DNA of 64,000 bases, from positions 223,138,001-223,202,000 of the forward strand of contig OZ024742.1 in the NCBI GenBank assembly GCA_964016885.1. The letters are read 5' to 3'. Each line of letters opens with the position of its first letter. The stretch's first letter is position 1. The notes beneath the pieces were generated by a model. That model made no database searches. It was not told the origin of the DNA and worked only from the letters and a program-made list of their open reading frames with translations. The position numbers were made by a program, and so were the translations under genes. This DNA is from Eledone cirrhosa (taxonomy: Eukaryota). Positions 40,123 through 52,081 of the stretch are shown here, piece after piece.

Positions 40123-40702
40123 TTAATGAGAGTTACTAAATTCCTCCAATTTCTTGATATTTTCTTTCAAAATTATTTGAATATCATTAACAGTATCTTT
40201 GTAACAGAAGGACTTAGTTATACCAGCTTAATAACAAGAAAGTTAACTATATTATGAAATCCCTCCAAATTTTGGAATATTTTCAAAATATTGGGAAATC
40301 AGAGGCAGTGACTTTCATTATAATGTGAAAGTTGGCTATATTAGTAAATTCTTTTTTTTTTCAAAATTATTTGAAAATCGTTGGTAATGTTTTTCTTGAA
40401 AAATAAGGTAACAAAAGGGTTAAATAACACACACACACACATATGTATGAAGTGACTTGTCAACATATAGTTTACATCTATTTTTAACTGGACAGTCACC
40501 ACTGAGAACACCTCTCTCTCCATTTTATAGTTTTATAGTTTGGAATTGTATGTCAAATATCATATATATTGCATTGTTTGTTTACATCTAAAAATAAATT
40601 TATCTATTGTGAGCCTCAGGTAGATACATATTTACCTGGTTTATCACAGCTGATACATAAGTATTTCCTGTATTCATGTTTCATTAGGATGGGTTTTGTC
40701 AG

Positions 40703-41280
40703 TTTCTTCTTCTTCTTCTTCTTCTTCTTTTTCTTTTTCTTTTTTTTCTTTTTCTTTTTCTTTTTTCTTTTTCTTTTTTCTTTTTCTTTTTTCTTTTTCT
40801 TTTTTCTTCTTTTTTTCTTTTTTTCTTTTTTTCTTCTTTTACTTTTTCTTTTTCTTCTTTTTCTTTCTTTTTTTCTTTTTCTTTTTCTTTTTTTCCTTTC
40901 CCTTTTCTTTTTCTTCTTTCTTTCCTTTTCTTCTTTTCTTCTTTTCTTCTCTTCTTTCTTTCGTTCTTTTCTTCTTTCTTTTCTTTTCTTTCCTTTTTCT
41001 TTCTTTTTTCTTCTTTCTTTTCTTTTCTTCTTTCTTTTTTCTTTCTTTCTTTTTTTCTTCTTTCTTTCTTTCTTTTCTTCTTTCTTTCTTTCTTTTCTTC
41101 TTTCTTTCTTTTCTTCTTTCTTTCTTTCTTTCTTTCTTTTCTTCTTCTTTCTTTCTTTCTTTTCTTCTTTTCTTCTTTCTTTCTTTATTTTCTTCTTTTC
41201 TTCTTCTTCTTTCTTTTTCTTCTTTCCTTTCTTCTTTCTTTTCTTTCTTTCTTTTTCTGTCTTTCTTCTGTTTTCTTCAG
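40703..41280. repeat. 580-bp (TTC/TTTC)n polypyrimidine tract
   Basis: Direct reading. Confidence 0.95.
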
Positions 41281-42604
41281 TAATACCACCCCCAATCTGT
41301 TGAGAGGTTAAGCTAAAGCTGTTTCAAGTACTTATTTTCCCCTTACATCTGAGTGGGTTGGAGCAACATGAAATGAAGTGTTGTGCCCAAGAATTAACTC
41401 ATAACCTTATGATCATGGGTCCATCACTCTAAACACTAGGCCACTCATCATGGTTTTTTTAGAGGCAATATTTTACAGCCAGATGCTCTTTCTGGCATCA
41501 ACCCCTTTAGTCACTTCTTACAACATACAGACTTATGGTGTGCCAGATATAAACAGGGAAACATTTACAGATAGTTGTTTTCAGAACTGTCTATTGACAT
41601 TAAGGTGTCGAATTGGTGGAGTTATTAGGTCCATCATATTAAATTTCTCTGTACTTCTTCCACTGAATTTTGAGTTCAACTTTGCCTTTCATCTTTTAGA
41701 GGTTAATAAATAAAGTACCAATTTAGTACTGAGGTTGGTCCTTCACTCTCTCTTTCTTATTCTCTAGAAGAAATAAGCTGTGTTCAGATCTGGAAAGGGA
41801 TGGGGTCTGCCAGCTTTAAAATGGCCAGGATACTGCCCCTGCATTACCCCCCCCCCCCCCCCCCCACACATGTTCATGATCCTTATATAGAAGTACCTAT
41901 GTATGTCGATTTTTTTGGAGGAGACATATCATCGCATCAAATTCTTTGGAGGTAAAAAAATAACTCAGGAAAAGAATTATAGAGAAAGGAGTTTTCTCTT
42001 ACATAAGGTGATGAAGAGGGATGGGCTCCGCCTAGTTTAAAATGCCCAAGATGATTACCCAATGATTCCATTATGATTCATTCATGCATATATGTATGTT
42101 AAAACCACACTGTGGATGTTGACCTGTTAATTGTATGAACAATATACAAGCAATAGAATAAGTTAGAGGCGTTGCTGACACACACACACACTACCTGATT
42201 CATTCCATTGTTGTTTTGGTTGAATAAGTCTTGTGACTTTCCTAGAATTAAACTACAATCCATAAAGAAATCATTCTGGGTTGTGTTTAAAAGTTTCATT
42301 ACATTGTATGACATTACATGTAACATATTACGTGTGATTAACAAATGCATGACTTGTAATCCATTGTATAGCCTATATTTTGATATCAAACTTCCTGAAA
42401 CTGTTCCTGGTGATACAAGGCTGTTTATTTTAATCTATTTATATTTAACTAAAAGTTTTTCTATCATAATTTGAAAGCAGTATCCACACACCAGCTTAAT
42501 GACAAAAGTTAGTTATATTACTAAATCACTCCATCTACTTGATTATTTTCAAAATTATTTTAAAATAATTGACAAGGTCTTAGACATATGGTAATGAAAG
42601 GGTT

Positions 42605-43345
42605 TGTTTAACGTCTATCTTCCACGCTAGCATGGGTTAGACAGGAGTTGTCCCATTTGAGGCAAGATTGGTCGGGTGACCGAACCTCGCTCGTATAGGA
42701 CTGTCTGGCAGGTTTTCTACGGCTGGATCCCCTTCCTAACACCAACCACATTTACAGTGTGGACTGGGAACTTTTTACCGTGTTACCTGCACGACCACAT
42801 TACAGCGTGGACTGTGTTTTTTTGTCATGACACCTACACGATCTCATTAGTTTGGACTGGATGTTGTGGTACCAACATAACTTTATAGAGAAAGGGTGGT
42901 GTTCGCGGGAGTGGGGGGATGGAGTGGAGGGTGGGGTGTGTTTGGTTTGGAGGGGCCTGCTGACTGTCGGTTAACTTTGCACGGGTCTTCTGTAATACTG
43001 TGTGTCGCTAAAGTTCTCGGTCCAGTGATATTGTCTTAGAGAAGTGCAAGGTCGGACTTTATCATGTCATCCCAGGTTTTTCTGGGTCTACCTACTCTGT
43101 AACTTCCCTCAATTTTGATCGCCCTGCACTTTTTTATACAGCTGTCGTCTTTCATATGCATCACGTGACCGTACCAACGTAATCTTCTCTCGAGTAAACA
43201 GCATCTGATCTCCCTTATTCCTAATTTCTCAATTAGTTCATTTATGGTTTGCTGTTCGTGTATATTACTATTACACATCCAATGGAGCATGCATGCTTCA
43301 TTCCTTTCCAGTCTGCGCAGGTTCTCTGCACACAATGCCCATTTC
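42605..43345 (-). mobile_element. RTE LINE 3' fragment, same subfamily as 52082-54910
   Basis: WALCAENLRRLERNEACMLHWMCNSN...GRPRKTWDDMIKSDL plus matching 3' UTR. Confidence 0.9.
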
Positions 43346-45043
43346 ATAAGAATTTTATGTAAGAACCTCTTTTAAGTTATATTCCAAACATCGACTCTAT
43401 AATGAGACAGTTAGTTATATTACTAAATCCTCCTGAACTCTTGATTACTTTTAAAATTATTTCAAAATCATAAACAGTGTCTTTCATTAGAAATATGGGA
43501 ATGAAAAGGTTAAAATGTTTATATTTATGTAAAAACTTTCCCTCATTATTTTATGTAAAAACCTTTTGTTATGTCCCAAACACTAACTCAATCATGAGAA
43601 AGTTGGTTATATTAACAAATCTTTTCTAATTTATATTACTAAATCCCTTCAAATTTTTGATTATTTGAAAATCATAGGCAGTGTCTTTCATTAGAAATAG
43701 TGTAACCAAAAGGTTTAAATATTTTTGTTAATTTTCTCTACAAAATACTTTATTAGATTTCTTCATTATTTCTGCTTACAACTGAGCACAAAATATCAAG
43801 AATAATTTTTAGTTGGTATTTGAGAATGTTGATCACTACTGGACTGGTATTATATTTTATTGACCCTGGAAGGATGAAAGGCAAAGTTGGGCATTTGATA
43901 CTCTAACACCACTGCCAATTTGTTGCCTGTCATTGGTATGGTATGGTTCCATAACTCCTGATGGAGTTGTAGGGGTACTGCAGTGACATACAACATTTCT
44001 TGATCATTTTAAGCCTGGCGGAGCTCATCCCTCTGTAGGTTTAAACACACCCTGGTTCATTTTTATCAACCTCAAAAGGGTGAAAGGCAAAGTTGACCTC
44101 AGTGGAATTTGAAATCAGAGAGCAGAAAGCTGGAATGAGTACCACAAAGTATTCTATCAGATGTTCTAAAGGCTCTGCCATTTCACCACCTTTCACCTGT
44201 CATTAATAAGATACAAATAAGATATCATGTGAAGGGGCTTGGCTAGTGGTTAGAATGTTTGGATAATGATTGTAAGGTTATGACTTTGATTTCTGGATCG
44301 GGCAGTATCTTTTATCCTTCAGCAAGACACTTTATTTCATGTTGCTCCAATCCACTCAGCTGAAAAAGATGAGTTATATCTGTAATTTATACACAATGTC
44401 ATGCTGAACCTATCTGAAAATTACATTAAGGATACATATGTTTGTGAAATGCTCAGTCACAAATAGGCTGTTCTATTTATTAAATTAAATGGAACGCTTG
44501 TTGGAACTGATAGAGGTCCAACACATCACACAAATGTAATGGTTTCTAATTTTTGCACAATCAGTAATTTTTGCAGGGAGAGGAAAGTTGATTATATCGA
44601 CCCCAGCAATTGACCAGTACTTTATTTTATCAGTATCAGAAGGATGAAAGGCAAAATTGACCTCAATGAGATTTGAATTCAGAACGTAAAGAACCATGAG
44701 CAAGTGAGGCAATATATTTTTTTTTAAGATGTGAACCAATGAGGGTATTTGTTCACTACCTCAGATGTAGTGGCTCCCCCATGGGCTTGTTAAAGGTTAG
44801 ACAAGGAAAGGTAACTTGTTTGACTTTGTATAGCGTAGTTATGTTATAGGCAGGAAGTAAGGGGAGGTGAGGAGGGTAAGTATGGTTGATATTATATATA
44901 TTTACTATGATTCACTGTAAAATATGTAAGTTGTTTTCAACAGGATATAATTATGAAAGGAAATGGAGGTGTGTGTGTGTATTGAAGTGGTTGGATGCAA
45001 TCCAAGTGCGTGTGAGAGAAAGATCTCTCTCTCTCTCTCTCAT

Positions 45044-45074
<31 letters not shown>

Positions 45075-45277
45075 ATGAACTACACATGTATAGAGAGGGG
45101 GTGGGTTTAATACTAAACTGCCTGTGTAGTAGTTAGTAACTGCATATGAACTATAGGCAGGATAATGTAATAGACATAACTTCTTTATTCAATGACCTAC
45201 CAGTTATTAGAATACCTGACAATAGACAGGGAGAGAGAAAGACAGAGTGTGTTTGTGAGGGGGGGGGGGGAGATATA

Positions 45278-45312
<35 letters not shown>

Positions 45313-45559
45313 TGGGGGATAAATAATGTGTTCATTGTAATAATTGAGAATTTAGTAAGTTTATTGTAATAGCTCCTGTGGGGAGGTTGAGGTGAGCAGA
45401 AACTGTACAACACTTGTCTAGTTGTTGTTGTTGTTTAACCCTAGGTCGGTCATGATCTAGCAAAATGAAAGGCATTGCAGCCATTACTGTCCCTGCTGTT
45501 CTCAAATATGCAGGTGAAAACATTAGGCAATATGATCATGTTGAGAGAGAGTGTGTATG

Positions 45560-45626
<67 letters not shown>

Positions 45627-45860
45627 GTTGCAGACGCAAGCATGGCTTAGTGGGAAAGAAGTTTACTTCACAATCATGGGTTCAATCCCACTTAGAGGCA
45701 TCTTGGCCAATTGTCTTTACCATAGCCTCAGGACAACCTAAGTTTTGTGAGTGAAATCAGATGGAAACTGTTTGGAAACCCAATGGCTTGTACCTGGAAT
45801 TCAAAGGACCAGACTTATCACACACTATATCACACTGAATCTCCCTGAGAACTATGTTAA

Positions 45861-46068
45861 CCCTTTAGCATTTACATTAATCTATATATACTATTATATT
45901 TTAATGGTAAAGGCTTTACCTCTCATAATATCGAATCTATGAGATCTTGATATTATTTATTTTGAGAACAATACCCTAACATAAGTATGAGCGGCCAGTT
46001 ACAGCTGGTTTGAATAGAAAGAGGTGAGAGAATTCTGGCTGGATATGGCTGGTTTAAATGCTAAAGGG
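45861..46068. mobile_element. piggyBac-type MITE family A, copy 6
   Basis: TTAA TSD; flanks rejoin to gagaactatgttaagg, an empty site seen at ~48483. Confidence 0.88.
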
Positions 46069-46249
46069 TTAAGGGTACATATGACCTGTCCAACCCTTGC
46101 TCACTGGGAAATGGACATTAAATGTTGATGCTGATGACTTCTGTGAAGTGCTCAGCCACTAGCATGTTTATTTTATAATCAGGCTGTTCCATTAATCAAA
46201 CAACGGAACACCCAGAACCGATGGAGGCCCATTATTTTTCCATTCCATG

Positions 46250-46434
46250 GCGGTATCTGTAGAGGCTCGGATGCCTTGCTTGGCAGCATAGAGTTATGGC
46301 TTTTTACGGTCTGAGTTCAAATCCTGCTGAGGTTAACTTTGTTTTTCATTCTTACGGGGGGATCAATAAAATAAAGCACCAATAATACACTGGGGTAATT
46401 GCTGGCCTTGTGCCAAAAGTAGAAACAATTATTA
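46250..46434 (+). mobile_element. tRNA-type SINE
   Basis: Same family as 22185-22373. Confidence 0.75.
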
Positions 46435-49400
46435 TTCCACTCAAGCGTAATTATAGAATGTGCTTTCTCTTAAGATGGCTGTGTGTGGGTCGAGAGCGAT
46501 TTAGTTGCTATATTTAGCAAGCAGGTCAAGTGACTATGTGGAGGCTTCCTCACACTGTCAGGAGAGAAGACAGTGCCATTGACCCTCTTCAGGGTCTTCG
46601 TGACTGATCGGAGGGTGAGAGGAAGGGAGAGTGTGGTAAGTATCCTCAAACTGGAGGCATGGACTTCATTAAAGGCATCCAAGGGCCAAGTGGGAGTGTT
46701 AACCTTTTCGTTACTATATTTCTTTTGAAAGAAGTGTTGGCACAATAAAATTCACCCTGTAAAATGGTTGATGGAAGGAAGGACATCCAGCCATAAAAAC
46801 CATGCCAGACAAAGTTATGTTAGGATGGAACAACCTTCTTAGTGCTGGTCCCATGATAAAATGCACCCAGTACACTCTGTAATGCCAAAGCTGGAATGTT
46901 TGTAAGCAAGACATGTCCCCTGGCCTGTTAGTGAAAGGACAATAACCTTGATTAAGTCATGATTTGGTCTATGATGACCTGTCCAACCCACGCCAGTGTG
47001 GAAAAAAAGAACTTTAAATGATAATGATGTGGATAGTGTTGATTCCCAGCTTTAAATTGTTGCCACCATTATTTCAATGGTGATGTTAATAGCTTAGTAA
47101 GCTATCTTTATCTCCATTTATAGTGTATTGTGTGACTATGATAATGTTGTTGTTGGTGATGGTAGTAGTAATAGTAATAGTAGTAGTAATAGTAGTAGTA
47201 TACATTAATGACGTCTGAGCTTACTGCAGAATTTGATGACTCATTTGGTAACACAATCTACCGAAACAGAAATCATTCAGGTATGATTGAGAGGAACATA
47301 TTGACTTTGATTTGATCAGGAAGTGGAGAGAGAGAGAGTGGGAGAGAGGCCATTGATGAAGACAAAATCAATTCTGGGTAGATAATGTATTCCCAATATT
47401 GTTCTATTTCACGCTAGAAGCAATCAAACACCCTACCAAACTTTCCCAAATAAATATGTAGACACTCTTTTAAATTTTATTTTATTCTTCTTTTACTGGT
47501 GGTTTCAGTTGTTTGACTACGGCCATACTGGGGCATTTTCTTGATTGGAGGTTATAATAGAAGTTGCTTAGTGGTCATGAGATCTCAGGTTCAATCCGAC
47601 TGTGTGGCATCTTGTGCAAGTGTCTTTATCATAGACATAAGTGGACCCATGCCGTGCAAGTGAAATTGAGTAGACAGAAACTGTTTGAAAGCCCATCAGA
47701 TGGAATGTGTCTGTAATTCAAAAGTCCAGCCTTGCTACATATTGTGTCCTGCTGATTTTGTTAAGCGTACAGATGTTTATGGAATACTCAGCCACTTTCT
47801 CTCTAATACAAGATGGGCTGTACCTGTATTTTAAAGGTCCAGTCTTGTCACATATTGAGTCACCCTGATTCTGGTTGAGGAATTGTGTTAAGGGTAGACA
47901 TGTCTATAGAATACTATGTGGCACCACTACCACCACCACCACGTGTATCTATATCTGCCTTGTTTATCACTACTTTATGCCTGAAGAAACTATTGACCAC
48001 CACACATCATTAGCCTGTCTTAACCTGTCTGTTGTTCCAACTAGATCATTCCTGCTATGGTCCAACCCAGATATTTTTAGAAGTGAATGATACAGAGGTG
48101 TTATCCCCTCTTCCATCTCCTCATTATCAATCAAAGACATATATCTCCTCCTCTGATATAGCTTCTGGACTAAATGCCAAGCTTATAAATAGAGTTCTAT
48201 TATTGTGATGTCAGACCCAACACATTGATATTTAAACTGAAACACTTCTGCTATATTTGGCTACATCACTGCATGTGTCAAGAATGTTTCTTGAAGATGC
48301 ATGGCTCAGTGGTTTGGGCATTTGGCTCATGGTTGTACATATGGTTGTGGGTTCAATTCCCAGCACCATGCTGTATCTTTGAATCTGGCACTTTATTTTA
48401 TGTTACTCCAGTCCACTTCACTGGAAATAAAATGTGTTGTATCTTTAATTGAAAGGGCCAGCCTTTGTCACACAGAATCACTGAGAACTATGTTAAGGAT
48501 ACATATTTTTGTGGAATGCTCAGCCACCTGCACATTAATTTCATGAGTAGGTTGTTTCATTACTGTATTTCTACAAAGTCGTTTGTTATAGTATCACCAC
48601 CACCACTATCATCATTTTGTCCTCTTTCCACACTGGATGGGGTGTATAAGTTGTCACGCTCTGAAACCAGATGTGTCAGAACCACCTTGTTCATATGTTC
48701 CATATTTAGCATTGTTTCTCTGGCTGGACTTCCTTCCTAATGGCAATCACTCGACAGAGTATAGTGGATGTGTTTTATGGTACCAACACTTGAGAGCTTG
48801 TCATGTTTGTCCAAACTAAAGAGTCCTTTTAGATCAGGGTCTCAAACTCAAGAACCCAAAAGCGCCATTATGTCCTGGGAAAGAGGCCACATCAGCCCAA
48901 AAGGCAGATAAAGGGGAGCATGATTTCTATTAGTTATAATTCTAATCCGCAATTCAGCTGATAGGCTGCTATTATTTTTTCCCATCAAAATTAATATGTA
49001 TATGGGAGTAACTGCGATATGTGAATTAGTACAAATTGTAGGGGAACAAATTTTTCTTAATTCCGTTTTTACTTTTGATAAATACCCTTTTTTCTGATTT
49101 TACTTTTAATAAGTTTTGTATTTTTCCGTTTTATTGTATTTCATGGGTAAATTGCAATAAATTGTGCTCTAAACATTATTTAAAATAGGGAAAACAAGAA
49201 ATCAAGACCATATGTAAATAGATCTAAGGCCTGCAGATTGTGCATCTATGAAAGATCAAATATCTTACAGAGGTTACACAACAATACTTGCCTTAACACG
49301 TGAGCCTATTTTCTCAAAATTTATGTTACATAACTAGAAGGGCCCTGGATAACGAGAGGATTGACAATACCACAAGCGATCGTTCTTCAAATATTATCTC

Positions 49401-49935
49401 TCCGACAACAGTTTAATTGGAGTTGCCTCCCCTATTATGAAAATGAAAACTGACTTCTTCTGCACAGAATCTATCCAGTTCAAAAATACTTCCATTCACA
49501 CTACAACCATACATGATTTGAAAATCCTTTTAGGTGAAACATGTGTTTTCAAGTATGGTTTTGTAATTGTTGTGGAATTGACTCTCTCTCTCTCTCTCTC
49601 TCCCTCTCCACACACACGTACACACGTGCACATGCATGCACACGCACACATATTTATATACATACAATCAGAAATTGTCCCCCAAGCAAGATATTGCCTT
49701 ATTACTTCTCGCATGATATTTGATAATTGAAATCCTGTTTTTAATGAGAGTGAACAAGAGTAAATAGATGGGTTATTGATTTATCTATTATCTATTTATA
49801 TATTTATTTACTGATTAATTTTAAAAATAAGGAATTTGTTGGTTTATTTCCTGTTAAACACCATTGTTATCCTTCCATTATCATATTTCTAACGTAAGAT
49901 ACTGCCTTGGGTAATGTAACTAATTTTTGAATAAG

Positions 49936-50155
49936 CTCTTAACATCCTGTAAAGATTAAGCAAAAATTATCTAAAAGTGGATTTGTTAGTTCAACTGTTT
50001 ATAGTATCTTTATTAGATACTAGAGAAAAATTGTTGTGAAAATGTGCAGTATTAAAGTAAACATTTTATATTTTAATGTGATGCAGTCATTGTTGTTTTG
50101 TACTTTTTAAGAATGTCTTGTTAATGTGGTTTCTTGTGGTACAGGATGTTAAGAG
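49936..50155. mobile_element. MITE family B copy
   Basis: TIRs ctcttaacatcctgta / tacaggatgttaagag, with TTAA on the right flank. Confidence 0.7.
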
Positions 50156-50498
50156 TTAAACACTTTATACACAATACAGTCTACTTATCCTAATTTCTTT
50201 AAGTTGGTGACTAATTTTCAATTTTGTTTGGCATGTATATTTGGTTAACCATTTTGACACCAAATAACCTGAAATTACCTCTGGTTCTACAACACACAGC
50301 TGTTTCTTTTAAAGTGTTTACTTATAAATACCTTGTTCCAAACACCAACTTAATAATGAGAAAGTTAGTTATATTACTAAATATTGCCAAATTCTTGATT
50401 ATTTTCAAAATCGTAGGTAGTATCTTTCATAAGAAATTTGATAACAAAAGGATTAAAATGTTTATATTTATCAAAACCTTCTATCATAACTTCTGACA

Positions 50499-50546
<48 letters not shown>

Positions 50547-50978
50547 GGAGGTGAGTTTTATTGTAGTATAAAAACTATCTCTTTCTCTCTATCACCCATC
50601 TCTCCCTCTCCACCTTCACTCTCATCTCCTCCCCCCTTTTTTCATCCCCCCCCCCCTAAATAAAACATTTTTTTTTTTTCCTCGCACATATCCTCCCTTC
50701 GTTAATTTTCAAAATTTTTAATTTATACATTATCTTCCAACGGCTTTCAACCTCTCTATATAAAACAATATATCTCCTCTCAGTTATAAAAACTATCTCT
50801 TTCTCTCTATCACCCATCTCTCCCTCTCATCTCCTTCCCTTTTCATCCTTTCCACCCCCCTCTCTCTAAATAAAATATTTTTCCCAATATCACACATCAA
50901 TCTAAAACCACTTTTCATATGTTGATTTAAAACTGCACTATCCACAAGTGTTTTTTAGCCTTCATATCATGTTCTCCT

Positions 50979-51047
50979 GTTTTATCTGATGAAAACACAA
51001 ATATTATTGCATGATGATGTTTGTTTTTGAAATGCGCATAATAAAAT
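50979..51047 (+). ncRNA. Type I hammerhead ribozyme motif
   Basis: gttttat-CTGATGA-[aaacacaaatattatt gcat gatgatgtttgttttt]-GAAA-t-gcgc-a-TA-ataaaat. Stem I 7 bp, stem II 15/16 paired, palindromic stem III atgcgcat. Confidence 0.8.
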
Positions 51048-51078
51048 ACATGGAACTCCTTTAACCATCTTTTGATCT

Positions 51079-51144
<66 letters not shown>

Positions 51145-51303
51145 TCAACACACTGCAAATGTAGTTGGCGCTAGGAAGGGCATCGAGCCATAGAAAACCA
51201 GCCAGAAACACTCCTATTTGAGCGAGACATGGTCACCCAACCCAACTTGCCTCTAAATGGCACAAACCCATCTAGCCCACGATACCGACGTTAATCGATG
51301 ATG

Positions 51304-51346
<43 letters not shown>

Positions 51347-51352
<6 letters not shown>

Positions 51353-52071
51353 GGAATAGAATGAAACAAAATTTCATTTCTCACTCTTCATATGGCAGTT
51401 ACTTAAATGTAAGTATGTATGTAGTATACATACTTACATACATATATGTATACAGACGTGCAGTAGTATGTATATATATATACATACATGTTTACAAACA
51501 AACCGAACATTATAATAAATGTTCGGTAAACCGATACATGCATATATATATGTGTGCATGTATGTATATATATACATACTACTGTACGTCTGTATACATA
51601 TATGTATGTACGTATACATGCATACATACTTACATTTAAGTAAGTGCCGTACTAAGAGTGAGAAATGAAATTTTGTTTCATTCTATTCCATTTATCGTTT
51701 TCGGTGCACCCGGCTGACTGAACTCACTCGATATGCAAATTAGGCTACTCAGCCGTTAATATGCATAAGGAAAGTATATACTTTCAGACGTTCAACCATC
51801 TGGCAGGAAGGTATACGATGCTGACGATAGCTAATAAGCTTGAAACTAGTACATCGTTCCTGTGTCAGTGTTGAACAAAAAGGTGACGTGGTTGCCTAAA
51901 CACTGTACGGTGTAATTCAGGCTGTTTGTTTGTTTACAAACAAACCGAGCATTATAATAAATGTTCGGTAAACCGATACGTGCATATATATATATGTGTG
52001 CATGTATGTATATATATACATACTACTGTACGTTTGTATACATATATGTATGTACGTATACATACATACTT
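51347..52071 (+). mobile_element. Penelope-like pseudo-LTR/retrozyme-like element: inverted arm, 442-nt monomer with hammerhead, then partial direct repeat
   Basis: IR arms ~51347-51490 and ~51557-51695; direct repeat 51489-51631 vs 51931-52071; hammerhead at 51815-51857; starts in (TA)n. Confidence 0.75.
51815..51857 (+). ncRNA. Minimal type I hammerhead ribozyme motif
   Basis: acgatg-CTGACGA-t-agc-taataa-gct-t-GAAA-c-ta-g-TA-catcgt. Perfect 6-bp stem I, palindromic stem III (actagt), predicted cleavage after GUA at 51851. Confidence 0.85.
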
Positions 52072-52081
52072 ATATATATCC

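Noticed and set aside
40569-41303. Phe/Ser/Leu-rich 244-aa ORF
   Set aside because: Polypyrimidine tract artefact; the same applies to 11613-11978
47975-48010. CTGAAGA as a hammerhead core (also CTGATGA at ~6386, ~27414, ~46131)
   Set aside because: No properly placed stem II, GAAA and stem I partner
48835-48900. hAT-like end cagggtctcaaactc
   Set aside because: No matching opposite TIR or TSD found, so element boundaries are unsupported
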